From contig JAQVSS010000005.1 of NCBI GenBank assembly GCA_028700415.1, positions 1 through 57,648 on the forward strand: a stretch of 57,648 nucleotides of DNA, written 5' to 3'. Of this stretch, positions 8,021-19,510 are shown piece by piece; within the stretch, counting starts at the first letter, position 1; each line of letters begins with the position of its first letter. The stretch comes from Kiritimatiellia bacterium (lineage in GTDB: Bacteria; Verrucomicrobiota; Kiritimatiellia; RFP12; UBA1067). The notes below the pieces were generated by a model. It ran no database searches, was not told the DNA's origin, and saw only the letters and a program-made list of their open reading frames with translations. A program made the translations under genes and the position numbers.

Positions 8021-9205
8021 ATGCCATACTCTTACTCGATAGAAGAAACCCCCTTTAAACCGCGAGACCGCTTTATGACCTTTTCCGACATTCATGTGCG
8101 CCCTGACCTGATCGCGGCGTTGGGAAAACAGAACATCACCGAACCGACCCCGATTCAAACCGTGGCGTATCCCGTATTGTTGGAGGGGAAGGACGCCTAT
8201 CTGAACGCGGAGACCGGCACCGGAAAGACGCTGGCTTACCTGTTGCCGCTCTTCTGCCGCATCGACCCGAAGCTGGCGGCGGCACAGCTCGTGATCGTCG
8301 CGCCGACGCACGAGTTGGCCCTTCAGATTCAGCGCCAGTGCTGCGATTTGGCGGTGAACGCGGGCTTTCCGGTTCAGACGCTGTTGTTGATCGGAGGCAC
8401 GCTGATCGACCGGCAGATCGAGAAGCTCAAGAAAAAGCCGCACATCGTTGTCGGTTCGCCCGGCCGCATCCGCGAGCTGATCCAGCTCGGCAAGCTCAAG
8501 GCGCACCAGGTGAAGAGCCTGGTGATCGACGAGGCGGACCGGTTGCTGGTCGAGGAGAGTCTGCCCGCGATCCAAGACCTGCTCCATGTCCTGCCGCGGG
8601 ACCGTCAGTTGGCGTTCGTGTCCGCCACGCGGCAGCCGGAGAGTATGGGGGTCATCGCGTCTCTCGCGCCCGCGCTGGTCATGCTGCAGACCGCGTCCGC
8701 GCCGATGAATCCGGACATCGGGCACTTCGGCCTCGTCTGCGAGGAACGCGATAAGCCGGATCTGTTGCGCAGTCTGTTGCACGCGTTGGAACCCGGGCGC
8801 TGCATCGTTTTTGTTCACCGGACCGAGACGGCGGAGATCGTGGCGGCCAAGCTGGCCTACCACCACATGGCCGTGGCGCAGTTGCACGGCGCGTTCGACA
8901 AGCGGGACCGCAAACAGGCGATGGACGATTTCCGCTGCGGCCGCGCGAAGGTGCTGCTGGCCTCGGACATCGCGGCACGGGGTCTCGACATTCCCGGGGT
9001 CACGCATATTTTCAACCTCGATGCGCCCACGCTCAGCAAGGCGTATCTGCACCGGGTGGGCCGCACAGGCCGGGCCGGGGCGGCGGGCATGGCGGTCACG
9101 CTGTTCACCGGGGCCGAAACGCATCTGGCCCGGCGCTATGAAGAGGAGTTGGGTATCGTGATCCGGCGGTGCCGTCTGCGTGAAGGCCAAATGATCCCGG
9201 CGTGA
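8021..9205 (+). CDS. DEAD-box ATP-dependent RNA helicase
   Basis: Motifs PTPIQ, AETGTGKT, VIDEAD, SAT, HRVGRTGRAG. Start trimmed to MPYSY (8021); MTFSD is also possible. Confidence 0.9.
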   Translation: MPYSYSIEETPFKPRDRFMTFSDIHVRPDLIAALGKQNITEPTPIQTVAYPVLLEGKDAYLNAETGTGKTLAYLLPLFCRIDPKLAAAQLVIVAPTHELALQIQRQCCDLAVNAGFPVQTLLLIGGTLIDRQIEKLKKKPHIVVGSPGRIRELIQLGKLKAHQVKSLVIDEADRLLVEESLPAIQDLLHVLPRDRQLAFVSATRQPESMGVIASLAPALVMLQTASAPMNPDIGHFGLVCEERDKPDLLRSLLHALEPGRCIVFVHRTETAEIVAAKLAYHHMAVAQLHGAFDKRDRKQAMDDFRCGRAKVLLASDIAARGLDIPGVTHIFNLDAPTLSKAYLHRVGRTGRAGAAGMAVTLFTGAETHLARRYEEELGIVIRRCRLREGQMIPA

Positions 9206-9228
9206 ACGGTGAAAGGAGGAGGGTGCGC

Positions 9229-10563
9229 ATGTCGGTTTCGGTCGGGTTTATCAGTCTTGGGTGTTCGAAAAATCTCGTGGATTCGCAGGTGATGGCGGGC
9301 TATTTGAAGCGCGGCCAGATCACCCTCGCGCCATCGCCCGAAGAGGCCGACGTGATTCTGGTGAACACCTGCGCGTTCATCGAGGCCGCGCGTGAAGAGG
9401 CGGCCGAGGCGATCTTGAGCGCGTGCGCGCACAAGAAATCCGGCTGTTGCCGCGCGGTGATCGTGACGGGCTGCATGGTGCAGCGGTACCGGGAACGGCT
9501 GGTCCGGGCGTTCCCCGACGTGGACGCGTTTTTGGGTGTCGACGAGTTGGAACGGGTCGCCGAGGTGGCCGGGCGGGTTGGAGCAAACGAACGCTGCGGT
9601 GTGATCGCCGCAAAAGGCGACCCGGTTAAAGTGTATGACCCGGTCTATCCCACGCTGCTGTTCACGGGCGGACCTTTCGCGTACCTGAAGCTGGCGGAGG
9701 GCTGCGATCACCGCTGCGCGTACTGCGCGATCCCGGGCATCCGCGGCCGTTTCCGGTCGCGTGCGGCAGACGGCCTCGTGAAGGAGGCGTCCGACATGGT
9801 GGGCGCGGGCGTCCGGGAGATCAATCTGATCGCCCAGGATGTTCTCCAGTACGGCTTGGACAAACGCGGTGCGCCGGCCATCGCGGAGTTGATGCGGCGC
9901 ATCGACGCGGTGGAGGGCGAGTTCCGTTTCCGCCTGCTCTACGGGTATCCGTCGGGCGTGACGGACGAGGTGCTGGAGGTGCTGAACACGGCGCGGCATG
10001 TCTGCAAATACCTCGATCTGCCGGTGCAGCACAGTCATCCGGATATCCTGCGGGCGATGAACCGAGGCGTGGCGGTGGCGGCGATAGAGAACCTGGCGGC
10101 GCGGTTGCGCGAGGCCGTTCCGGGTGTGGTGTTGCGCACGACCTGCCTGGTGGGGTTCCCCGGCGAGACTGAGGAGCACTTCGAACATCTGATGGAGTAT
10201 GTCCGGCAGTCGGAGTTCGACCACATGGGCGTGTTCGCGTTTTCGCCGGAAGAAGGGACCCCCGCGTTTGAGATGGACGGTGCGCCGGACCCGGAGGTTG
10301 CAGGAGAGCGCTGTCAGAGGCTGATGGCGCTGCAGAAGAAGATTGTCCGGAAGCGGGTGAACGCGCTGAAAGGCACCGTGGACACGGCGCTGCTGCTCAG
10401 GCGGGAGGGCGACGTTTGGATGGCGCGGTTGCCGCGGCAGGCGCCGGACGTGGACGGTGAAACCCGTGTGGCCCATGTGCCCCGGCAGGCAAGGGCCGGC
10501 GATTTCGTGCGGGTGGAGATCACGGGCGGCAGAGGGTATGATTTGACGGCGAGGGCGGTTTAA
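9229..10563 (+). CDS. rimO: Ribosomal protein S12 methylthiotransferase (MiaB-family radical SAM with TRAM domain)
   Basis: N-terminal FISLGCSKNLVDSQ, radical-SAM CDHRCAYCAIP, C-terminal TRAM-like GDFVRVEITG. The ORF-track start at 9202 overlaps the helicase stop; MSVSV at 9229 is preferred. Confidence 0.85.
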   Translation: MSVSVGFISLGCSKNLVDSQVMAGYLKRGQITLAPSPEEADVILVNTCAFIEAAREEAAEAILSACAHKKSGCCRAVIVTGCMVQRYRERLVRAFPDVDAFLGVDELERVAEVAGRVGANERCGVIAAKGDPVKVYDPVYPTLLFTGGPFAYLKLAEGCDHRCAYCAIPGIRGRFRSRAADGLVKEASDMVGAGVREINLIAQDVLQYGLDKRGAPAIAELMRRIDAVEGEFRFRLLYGYPSGVTDEVLEVLNTARHVCKYLDLPVQHSHPDILRAMNRGVAVAAIENLAARLREAVPGVVLRTTCLVGFPGETEEHFEHLMEYVRQSEFDHMGVFAFSPEEGTPAFEMDGAPDPEVAGERCQRLMALQKKIVRKRVNALKGTVDTALLLRREGDVWMARLPRQAPDVDGETRVAHVPRQARAGDFVRVEITGGRGYDLTARAV

Positions 10564-12575
10564 TGGATACCACTTCCTTCTTTCAGGATTTGGCGGTCAT
10601 TCTGGTGGCGGTCGGGATTGTCTCGGCCGTGTTCATGCGTTTGGGGTGGCCCAAGGTCTTCGGGTACATTCTCGCAGGGGCGGTCATCGGCAAGCACACC
10701 TTCGGCGGGTCGCTCGTCATTAATCAGGGCAGCATCGATGTGCTGGGGCAGATCGGCGTCGTTTTCCTGATGTTCACGCTGGGGCTTGAATTCAGTCTGC
10801 GGAAGTTGAAAAAAGTCGGCCATGTGATTTTCCCGACCGCCCTGTTGGACATGGCGGTGATGATTTGGGCCGGCCATTTTGTGGGTACGAAGATTTTCGG
10901 GTGGGGGTCGGTACAGAGCCTGTTTCTCGGGGCGGCCATCAGCGACTCAGCCACCACGTTGTTGGCGAAGACCATCAACGACATGGGGTGGGGGACGCGG
11001 CGTTTCACCAGGTACATCTTCGGGATCACCATCACCGAGGATATCCTGTGCGTCGGCGTGATCGCGCTGCTCACGGGACTCGTGAGGTCTGGGACGATGC
11101 GTGTGGGCGAGGTGGCGTACAGTATGGGCGGGCTCCTGCTGTTTCTGACCGGGGTGACGGTGTTCGGGCTGCTGGTGGTGCCGCGCGTGTTGAACCGCGT
11201 GGCACGGCTCAAGGACGACGAGTCGCTGTTGTTGACGATGCTCGGGTTCTGTTTTCTGGTCTCGTTTATTGCGGCGAAACTGGATTTCAGCCTGGCGCTG
11301 GGCGCGTTCCTCGTGGGGGTGATGGGGGCGGAATCGGAGCCGCTGAAGCGGATTTACCAGCAGTGTGTGCCCTTGAGGACGATGTTCAGCGCGATTTTCT
11401 TTGTGACGATCGGGCTGCTGATCGATCCGGCGCAGATGCTGGCGAACGGGCAGGCCATTTTGGGGGTCACGCTGGTGGTGATTGTCGGTAAGGCCGTCAA
11501 CTGCACGGTGGGGGCGTTGCTGACGGGACAGGATCTCAAGAACGCGATCCAGACCGGTATCGGGCTGGCGCAGATCGGCGAGTTCGCCTATCTGGTGGCG
11601 CTGATCGGCTTGACCATGAAAGCGGTGGACAGCTCCGTGTACCAGATCGCGGTCGGCGTGTCGGTGCTGACGACGGTGCTGAATCCCTTCCTGTTGCGGG
11701 CGTCGGACCCGTTTTCGGATTGGGTGGTGCGCAAGGTGCCGTTGCGGTGGAAAGAGTGTTTGGAGACCTATTCAAACTGGGCGGGCCGGTTCCTGCATAG
11801 CTCGGCGCCCAACGAAACGGTGAAGGCCCTCCGTTTTAACCTGACACTCGTGTTGCTGCACTTGGCCTTGGTCGCTGTGGTCTACATCGCGGCGGGCATG
11901 TTGGCCCGCGCCGATTATGGCCGGTTTTCGCCGGTGATCGAGGAGAACAAGAAGATGTTGCTGTGGGGCGCGGCCAGCCTGCTGACGGTGCCGAACGCGA
12001 TCTTAATCTTCTTCCGCGCCCGCGTGCTGGGAGGGGTCGTGGCGGATGCCCTGATCCCCGCGAAGGTTGCGGAGACGTTGTGGGCCTTGTCTTTCCGGCG
12101 AATCACCCGCCTGTTGTTTTCGGTTTCCAGTGTTGCCACGCTGTTTTTTGAAAGCGTGATGCTGAGCGGCACCATCATGCCGGAACAGGGGTGGGCGCGG
12201 GTTTTGGTGGGCGTGACGCTGCTGGTGGTTGGCGTGTTCGGTTGGAAGCGGTTCTGGCGCATGGGCGCGGAATCGCTCGAGACGCTGAGGGGCGTGTTGA
12301 CGAAAGAGATCGAGACCGACCCCACCGAATCGGTGGCGGATCTGCTGGACATCCACACCGAAAAAATCAGGGTGGGACGGAGCTCGGAGGTCTGCGGGCG
12401 GTCGCTCCGGGACATCGATTTGCGGGCGCGGGCCGGCGTGAGTGTGATCGGCATCGAACGGCAGGGCACGACCATTGTGAACCCCAAGGCAACCGAGACG
12501 CTGGAATCGGGAGATGTCGTGCTGGTGCTGGGGGATGATGAACAGATCGAGCAGGCGCGGGTTTTTCTGGCCTAA
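10563..12575 (+). CDS. CPA2-family cation:proton antiporter with C-terminal RCK/TrkA-C domain
   Basis: 670 aa polytopic protein. N-terminus LAVILVAVGIVSAVFMRLGWPKVFGYILAGAVIG. C-terminal GRSLRDIDLRARAGVSVIGIERQG...GDVVLVLG. Its ATG overlaps the rimO stop (TAATG). Confidence 0.85.
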   Translation: MDTTSFFQDLAVILVAVGIVSAVFMRLGWPKVFGYILAGAVIGKHTFGGSLVINQGSIDVLGQIGVVFLMFTLGLEFSLRKLKKVGHVIFPTALLDMAVMIWAGHFVGTKIFGWGSVQSLFLGAAISDSATTLLAKTINDMGWGTRRFTRYIFGITITEDILCVGVIALLTGLVRSGTMRVGEVAYSMGGLLLFLTGVTVFGLLVVPRVLNRVARLKDDESLLLTMLGFCFLVSFIAAKLDFSLALGAFLVGVMGAESEPLKRIYQQCVPLRTMFSAIFFVTIGLLIDPAQMLANGQAILGVTLVVIVGKAVNCTVGALLTGQDLKNAIQTGIGLAQIGEFAYLVALIGLTMKAVDSSVYQIAVGVSVLTTVLNPFLLRASDPFSDWVVRKVPLRWKECLETYSNWAGRFLHSSAPNETVKALRFNLTLVLLHLALVAVVYIAAGMLARADYGRFSPVIEENKKMLLWGAASLLTVPNAILIFFRARVLGGVVADALIPAKVAETLWALSFRRITRLLFSVSSVATLFFESVMLSGTIMPEQGWARVLVGVTLLVVGVFGWKRFWRMGAESLETLRGVLTKEIETDPTESVADLLDIHTEKIRVGRSSEVCGRSLRDIDLRARAGVSVIGIERQGTTIVNPKATETLESGDVVLVLGDDEQIEQARVFLA

Positions 12576-12597
12576 GCCGAAAACCGGTTTGACCGGG

Positions 12598-12819
12598 TCA
12601 GGCCTTGTGACGGTAGATGATGCGCCCTTTGCTCAGGTCGTAGGGCGAAATCTCCAGCGTCACCTTGTCGCCCGCCGCGATCTTGATGAAGAACTTGCGC
12701 ATCTTGCCGGAAATGTGAGCCAGCACCTCGTGACCGTTTTCCAGCTTCACCTTGTACATGGTGGCGGGAAGAACTTTAATCACGACTCCAACGACCTCAA
12801 TGGCATCATCGCTCGGCAT
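12598..12819 (-). CDS. infA: Translation initiation factor IF-1
   Basis: [70 protein letters not shown]. Start trimmed from the ORF-track 12912. Confidence 0.95.
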   Translation of the reverse strand: MPSDDAIEVVGVVIKVLPATMYKVKLENGHEVLAHISGKMRKFFIKIAAGDKVTLEISPYDLSKGRIIYRHKA

Positions 12820-12971
12820 AGAACTCCATCCTGAAGGAATAAAAATGAAATGGTTTGTAATATAACACGCCTGTCTGCCGCTGACAAGTCTTGCGCGGGA
12901 AAATCTTTCCATGATTTTCTTTCTTCTTTTCTTTGATTCCGTCCGGGCAAAAGGTAAACTGCTTTCCCGTT

Positions 12972-14261
12972 ATGGCCTATGAAGTCTTAGCACGCAAATG
13001 GCGCCCGCAACAGTTCGGGGATGTGGTCGGGCAGGAACACGTCACGCGCACGCTGAAAAACGCGATCGAAAGCGGGCGCGTGGCTCACGCCTATCTGTTT
13101 GTGGGGCCGCGCGGCATCGGCAAAACTTCGCTGGCGCGTATCTTTGCCAAGGCCTTGGACTGCGAGAAGGGGCCGACGGCAACGCCGTGCTGCGAGTGCG
13201 CCATGTGCCGCGAAATCGCCGCGGGCAACTCGCTGGACGTGCAGGAGATCGACGGCGCGTCGAACAACGGCGTGGATCAGGTGCGCGACCTGCGCGACCA
13301 GATGCAGTTCGCGCCCACGCACGGCACGTATAAAATCATTATCATCGACGAAGTCCACATGCTCTCCACGGCGGCGTTCAACGCCTTGCTGAAGACGTTG
13401 GAGGAGCCGCCGCCGCACGTGAAGTTCATCTTTGCCACGACGGAAGGCGACAAGGTGTTGCCGACCATCATCTCGCGGTGCCAGCGCTTTGACTTGCGCC
13501 GCATCCAGACCCCGCTCATTGTTGAACGGCTGCGCTTCATCTGCGGTGCAGAACGCATCACGGTTGAGGACGACGCGCTGCTGGCCATCGCGCGCGGCGC
13601 GGAAGGCGGCTTGCGCGACGCGATCTCGGCGCTCGACCAGCTCATCTCGTTCAAGGGCGACTCGCTCACCGAGGACGATGTGCTGGCGGTGTTCGGCCTG
13701 GTTTCACGCCGGTCGCTGGAGACCTTGGCCGCAGCCGTGCTCACGGGCGACATGGGCGAGATCCTGCGGCTGGTCGACATGTTCGACAGCGCGGGAAAAG
13801 ACATGCGCAGGCTGGTGGTGGAGCTGATGGAGCACTTCCGGAATCTGTTGATCTACCAATATGTCGGCGAGGGGATGGCCAATCTCGACGCCACGCCGGA
13901 GCAAATCCGCGTGCTGGCTTCGCAGGCCGCGCTGGCGGACTCGACGCGCGTGCTGCAGATTGCCGATCAGTTGGGCGAGACGGAAGGGCGGCTGCGGTAC
14001 GCGCTCTCCGTGCGCACGCTGATCGAGATGTCGCTGATCCGGTGCGCGCGTCTTGCGCGGGCGGTGTCGCTGGAGGAAATCCTCAAAAGGTTGAACGCGT
14101 TGCGCGCGGCCGAACCGCCTGCTGTTGCGGCGGCGCCGACCGCCGACGCCGCCCCTGCCCGGCCGGCCATGAAGGCCGATCTTTACGATGATCCCGCGCT
14201 CAAGCAGGCGATGCGGTTGTTTGAGGGGAAGGTCGTGGCTGTGGAAGAGGGGAACGCTTAG
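12972..14261 (+). CDS. dnaX: DNA polymerase III subunit gamma/tau (short form)
   Basis: MAYEVLARKWRPQQFGDVVGQEHV, Walker A GPRGIGKTS, zinc module CCECAMC, DEVHML, SRCQRF. Confidence 0.9.
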   Translation: MAYEVLARKWRPQQFGDVVGQEHVTRTLKNAIESGRVAHAYLFVGPRGIGKTSLARIFAKALDCEKGPTATPCCECAMCREIAAGNSLDVQEIDGASNNGVDQVRDLRDQMQFAPTHGTYKIIIIDEVHMLSTAAFNALLKTLEEPPPHVKFIFATTEGDKVLPTIISRCQRFDLRRIQTPLIVERLRFICGAERITVEDDALLAIARGAEGGLRDAISALDQLISFKGDSLTEDDVLAVFGLVSRRSLETLAAAVLTGDMGEILRLVDMFDSAGKDMRRLVVELMEHFRNLLIYQYVGEGMANLDATPEQIRVLASQAALADSTRVLQIADQLGETEGRLRYALSVRTLIEMSLIRCARLARAVSLEEILKRLNALRAAEPPAVAAAPTADAAPARPAMKADLYDDPALKQAMRLFEGKVVAVEEGNA

Positions 14262-14303
14262 ACGGGTGCGTTTTTCCCGTGCACGGGCACAGGAGGGGCT
14301 GCG

Positions 14304-17048
14304 ATGGGCTTTTGGAAGCGGGTCGTGCGGTCTTTATGGATCTTCTTTTTGGCGGGGGCGTGCGGCGCGGAGACCGGCGGTCTGGAGATCCCCTATCAGA
14401 AGTTCGTGCTGGACAACGGGCTGACCCTGCTCGTCCACGAAGACCACAAGGCGCCGATTGCGGCGGTGAACATCTGGTATCACGTCGGATCCAAGAATGA
14501 GGAGACCGGGCGGACGGGCTTCGCGCATCTCTTTGAACACCTCATGTTCAACGGCAGCGAGCACTTCAACGACGACTATTTCAAAGCGCTCGAGCGGGTG
14601 GGCGCGACGGGTATAAACGGGACCACGGACGAGGACCGGACCAACTATTTCCAAGAGGTTCCGCGCGACGCGCTGGACCTCGCGCTTTGGATGGAGTCGG
14701 ACCGCATGGGGCATCTGCTGGGCGCGCTTACCCAAGAGCGGCTCGACGAGCAGCGCGGCGTGGTGATGAACGAGAAGCGCCAGTCCGACAACCAGCCGTA
14801 CCGGATCGCTTACCGGCTGATCACCGAGAACACCTGGCCGGAAGGCCACCCGTATTCGTGGGAGGTGATCGGCTCTGAGAAAGATCTCGCGGCGGCAACG
14901 CTCGACGATGCCCGGAGCTGGTTCACGCGGTATTACGGTGCGGCCAACGCCGTGCTGGCGGTGGCGGGCGATGTGGAGGCCGCGAAGGTCTTCGAGAGCG
15001 TGAAGCGCGCTTTCGGCGACATCCCGTCCGGCCCCCCCATTTCCCGCCATACCGCTTACGTGGCGAAACGCGCCGGAACCCGGCGCATGCGGGCGCAGGA
15101 CCGCGTGCCGCAGAGCCGTCTCTTCAAAGTCTGGAACATACCTCCGTATGGCACGCCGGAGGGCAACCGGCTCTCCCTTGCCGGCGCGCTGCTCTCCTCC
15201 GGTAAATCGTCGCGTCTGTACAAGCGTCTGGTCTATGACGAGCAACTCGCCACTGACGTGTCGGCCGGCGCCGACCTCCGGGAAATCGCCGGGCAGTTCG
15301 TGATCGTGGCAACGGCCAAACCGGGCATCACGCTCGACCGGATCGAGCGGGCCATCGACGAAGAACTCGCCCGGTTTCTAAAAAAAGGCCCCACGGGCGA
15401 GGAGCTTCAGCGGGTCAAGACACAGTTTGAGGCCAATTTTGTGCGGGGCTGTGAGCGCATCGGCGGGTTCGGCGGCAAGTCGGATGTCTTGGCCAGCAAT
15501 TTTGTTCTCACGGGAAACCCCGATTACTATAAGACGGTGCTGGAGGAAACCCGCGGGGCAACCCCGCGGGCGATCGCCGAAACGGCGCGCGAATGGCTGT
15601 CTGACGGCCAGTTCGTGCTGGAGCTCGAACCTTTCCCCGCCTACGGCGTGACGACGTCCGGCGTGGACCGCAGTGTGCTGCCGGTGCCGGAGCTGAAAAC
15701 AGAAGCGCGCTTTCCTGAGCTCCGGCGGACTGTGCTCGGCAACGGGCTCAAAGTGGTGTTCGCGGAGCGCCACGGGACGCCGTTGGTGCAGTTCTCCCTG
15801 ATCATCGACGCCGGGTTTGCGGCGGACGCGTCGGCGTTGCCGGGAACGGCCAGCCTGATGGCGGAGATGCTCGACGAAGGCACGCGGCGGCGGACGGCGC
15901 TGGAGATCGGCAGGGAACTGGAGTCGCTCGGCGTGCAGCTCGGCGCGGGCTGCAACATGGACGCGACGGTTGTTTCGCTGAACACGCTCACGCGGCATCT
16001 GGACCAGGCGCTGGACATCTATGCGGACGTGATCCTCGATCCGGTGTTCCCCGAGGCGGACTTCCTGCGGTTGCAGAAACAGCGGCTGGCCGCCATCCGG
16101 CGCGAGAAGTCGGAACCGAACGGTGTGGCCATGCGGATACTGCCGGGGTTGCTCTATGGCAAAGGGCACGCCTATGGCAACCCGTTCAGCGGGAGCGGGG
16201 ACGAGGCCAGCGTTTCCCGCCTGACGCGCGATGATCTGGCGCGCTTTTACGGCATGTGGGTTAAGCCCAATAACGCCACGCTGGTTGTTGCCGGTGACAT
16301 CTCTTTGGCGGAGCTCACCCCGAAGATGGAGCGGCTTTTTGCAGGTTGGCATCCGGGGCCAGTGCCGGACAAACGGGCTGACCGTGTGGTCCTTCCATCG
16401 AGGCCCTCGGTTTATCTCATCGACCGGCCGTCTGCGCCGCAAGCGGTTGTTTTCGCAGGGAGTGTGGCGCCGCCCAAAACGGCGGCGGACGAATATGCGG
16501 TCGAGGCGGCGAATGCCATTCTGGGGGGCACCTTCACCAGCCGCGTGAACATGAATCTGCGGGAGGGGAAGCATTGGAGCTACGGTGCGCGGACGACGCT
16601 TGCGGATGCGCGGGGGCCCCGCGCCTTCTTCTGTGTGGCACCGGTGCAAACCGACAAGGCGGCCGACGCGATGCGCGAGCTGGACCGCGAGTTCCGCGGG
16701 CTGGCCGGCGGGACACCGCCTACGGAACGCGAAGTGGAAAAAGCGGTGACGCAGCTGACCCTCCAGCTGGCCGGGCGCTGGGAAACGCTGGGCGCGGTGG
16801 CCGGGAGCCTTGAGCAGTCCGTCCGTTTCGGGTTGCCGGACACGTATTTTCAGACCTATGCGGACGCGGTGCGGGCGCTCACGCAGCCGGCTGTGGCGCA
16901 GGCCGCCGCGCGTGTCGTCCGGCCCGACAGCCTGGTCTGGCTCGTGGTCGGTGACCGCACGAAGATTGGGAAAAAGCTGCGGCAGCTTGGCTGGGGGGAC
17001 GTGACGGTGCTCGACCCCGACGGGAACCCCGTTGCTGATGCGAGATGA
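14304..17048 (+). CDS. Secreted M16 (pitrilysin/insulinase) family zinc peptidase, double-unit
   Basis: 914 aa. Signal peptide. HxxEH motif in FAHLFEHLMFNGSEH. Second inactive-like M16 repeat in the C-terminal half. Confidence 0.9.
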   Translation: MGFWKRVVRSLWIFFLAGACGAETGGLEIPYQKFVLDNGLTLLVHEDHKAPIAAVNIWYHVGSKNEETGRTGFAHLFEHLMFNGSEHFNDDYFKALERVGATGINGTTDEDRTNYFQEVPRDALDLALWMESDRMGHLLGALTQERLDEQRGVVMNEKRQSDNQPYRIAYRLITENTWPEGHPYSWEVIGSEKDLAAATLDDARSWFTRYYGAANAVLAVAGDVEAAKVFESVKRAFGDIPSGPPISRHTAYVAKRAGTRRMRAQDRVPQSRLFKVWNIPPYGTPEGNRLSLAGALLSSGKSSRLYKRLVYDEQLATDVSAGADLREIAGQFVIVATAKPGITLDRIERAIDEELARFLKKGPTGEELQRVKTQFEANFVRGCERIGGFGGKSDVLASNFVLTGNPDYYKTVLEETRGATPRAIAETAREWLSDGQFVLELEPFPAYGVTTSGVDRSVLPVPELKTEARFPELRRTVLGNGLKVVFAERHGTPLVQFSLIIDAGFAADASALPGTASLMAEMLDEGTRRRTALEIGRELESLGVQLGAGCNMDATVVSLNTLTRHLDQALDIYADVILDPVFPEADFLRLQKQRLAAIRREKSEPNGVAMRILPGLLYGKGHAYGNPFSGSGDEASVSRLTRDDLARFYGMWVKPNNATLVVAGDISLAELTPKMERLFAGWHPGPVPDKRADRVVLPSRPSVYLIDRPSAPQAVVFAGSVAPPKTAADEYAVEAANAILGGTFTSRVNMNLREGKHWSYGARTTLADARGPRAFFCVAPVQTDKAADAMRELDREFRGLAGGTPPTEREVEKAVTQLTLQLAGRWETLGAVAGSLEQSVRFGLPDTYFQTYADAVRALTQPAVAQAAARVVRPDSLVWLVVGDRTKIGKKLRQLGWGDVTVLDPDGNPVADAR

Positions 17049-17186
17049 GACTCCGTCAAGGATCGGGTCTTAAGGAAAAGGGCATGTGGCGTGATTCAGG
17101 CGGCGCCTTGTTTGGGAGGGGTAATGGGTGTTTGTGCCGCACCCGCGTAATCGATGGAAAAATATCGAATCAATGCGCTTTCGCAA

Positions 17187-17215
17187 TTGACGCGGCGCAA
17201 TGGAGACGATATCAT
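17187..17215 (+). promoter_or_regulatory. Sigma70-like promoter TTGACG-17-TATCAT upstream of gap
   Basis: Hexamers and 17-nt spacer read directly. It lies about 70 nt upstream of the gap ATG, which has a GAAGGAG RBS. Confidence 0.5.
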
Positions 17216-17243
17216 TTTTGACCATTCATTCAAGGGGCGTTAG

Positions 17244-18305
<1,062 letters not shown>

Positions 18306-18335
18306 GCGATTTTCGTTAGGTGCCGATTCAAAGAG

Positions 18336-18375
18336 AACGCCGTTCCCGCCAACGCGGGAGCGGCGTTTCCGTTTT
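18336..18375 (+). terminator. Rho-independent terminator after gap
   Basis: 14-bp stem aacgccgttcccgc / gcgggagcggcgtt (one G-U), 4-nt loop, then tttccgtttt. Confidence 0.75.
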
Positions 18376-18454
18376 GTGGGCCAAGGGATTGGCCTGAACG
18401 GCGTTTTCGGCGGTCCGGGACGTCCCGCCGTACTGAAACGGGACAGGACTTCTT

Positions 18455-19456
18455 TCAGTCGCGTTCAGCGTTGCCGTTCACTCTCGCCACCGCCGAGTCC
18501 ATGATCCGGCCGATGAGCTGAGTGTAGGAGACGTTCGCCATGCGGGCGAGAATCGGCAGGTCCGAGTCTTTGGGGTTCAGGCCCGCGAGGGGGTTGACTT
18601 CCAGAAACATGGGGTTCTGGCCGTCGTCGCACCGGATATCAACCCGCCCGCCGTCGCGGCAGCCGAGCGCGCGCCACGCGGCGAGCGCGACCTTTTCAGA
18701 CGCGGCGGCCACGGGATCTTTGGCGGCATCGCCGGGGCGGTAGACCACGCGGTCCTCGTAGTTGCCCTTGTTCTCGTAGGAGTAGACGCCCTTCTCGGCG
18801 TTCGGAAGCAGGACGATCTCCATGGAGCCCACGGCCTTCGCCTGGCGTCCCGTGCCGGTGACGCCTACCGTGAACTCGCGGCCCCCGAGATAGGGCTCGA
18901 TCAGGGCGGGCTGGCGGAAGCGGGCGACGAGGTCATCGCAGACCGCCGCGAGCCTGGCGCGGTCGCGCACGATGGACTTCGCGGAGCAGCCCTTGCCCGT
19001 GCCCTCGGCGACCGGTTTCACGAAGAACGGCGCGCCGAAGCGAATGCCGGCGAGGTCTTCGGCGGTCTCATAGACGCAGAAGTCACTGGTCGGCACGCCC
19101 GCGTCGCGGACGATGCGTTTGGTCATGCCTTTGTGGAGGGTGAGGGCCAGCACGAGGGCGTCGGAGAAGACGTAGGGCACCCCGTAGAGGTCGAGGATCG
19201 CGGGCACCTGCGCTTCGCGCGCGACGCCTTCGAGTCCTTCGCAGATGTTGAAGACGAGATCCCAGCGGTCGCCTGCCTCGAGCCGTTTCACGAGCGCTTT
19301 GGCGTGGCCGATCCGGTCGGTCCCGTAGCCCAGTTCTCGCAGGGCACCCTCAATACCCGCGACCGTGTCTTCTTTGTCGAACTCGGCGGTCTCCTCCATG
19401 GACAGCCCCATGGCGAGATAGTCCGAACGGAGATCATAGGTCAACCCGATGCGCAT
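18455..19456 (-). CDS. D-alanine--D-alanine ligase family ATP-grasp enzyme (substrate unknown)
   Basis: MRIGLTYDLRSDYL... with an ATP-grasp core (FFVKPVAEGTGKG, REFTVGV, FLEVNPLAGL). The ORF-track extension to 19504 uses a TTG and reads through the inverted-repeat arm, so 19456 is preferred. Confidence 0.8.
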   Translation of the reverse strand: MRIGLTYDLRSDYLAMGLSMEETAEFDKEDTVAGIEGALRELGYGTDRIGHAKALVKRLEAGDRWDLVFNICEGLEGVAREAQVPAILDLYGVPYVFSDALVLALTLHKGMTKRIVRDAGVPTSDFCVYETAEDLAGIRFGAPFFVKPVAEGTGKGCSAKSIVRDRARLAAVCDDLVARFRQPALIEPYLGGREFTVGVTGTGRQAKAVGSMEIVLLPNAEKGVYSYENKGNYEDRVVYRPGDAAKDPVAAASEKVALAAWRALGCRDGGRVDIRCDDGQNPMFLEVNPLAGLNPKDSDLPILARMANVSYTQLIGRIMDSAVARVNGNAERD

Positions 19457-19457
19457 A

Positions 19458-19482
19458 GTCGAATGTCCAATATCCAACAAGG
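19458..19482. repeat. Left inverted-repeat arm flanking the four-helix-bundle ORF
   Basis: gtcgaatgtccaatatccaacaagg. Its reverse complement ccttgttggatattggacattcgac matches the right-hand units ccttgggcattggacattcca. Confidence 0.65.
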
Positions 19483-19510
19483 AATGATCAATTTTCAATG
19501 GCAAGAGCGG

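Noticed and set aside
7847-8022. Overlapping 5' extensions of alr (to 8022) and the helicase (from 7847) given in the ORF track
   Set aside because: The extensions overlap each other on opposite strands and are Arg-rich with no homology-like sequence. Internal Met codons (7896 and 8021) give N-termini typical of the families.
12972-14261. Programmed ribosomal frameshift site in dnaX (gamma/tau)
   Set aside because: I saw no A-rich slippery heptamer with a downstream hairpin inside the gene. The product is simply a short DnaX.
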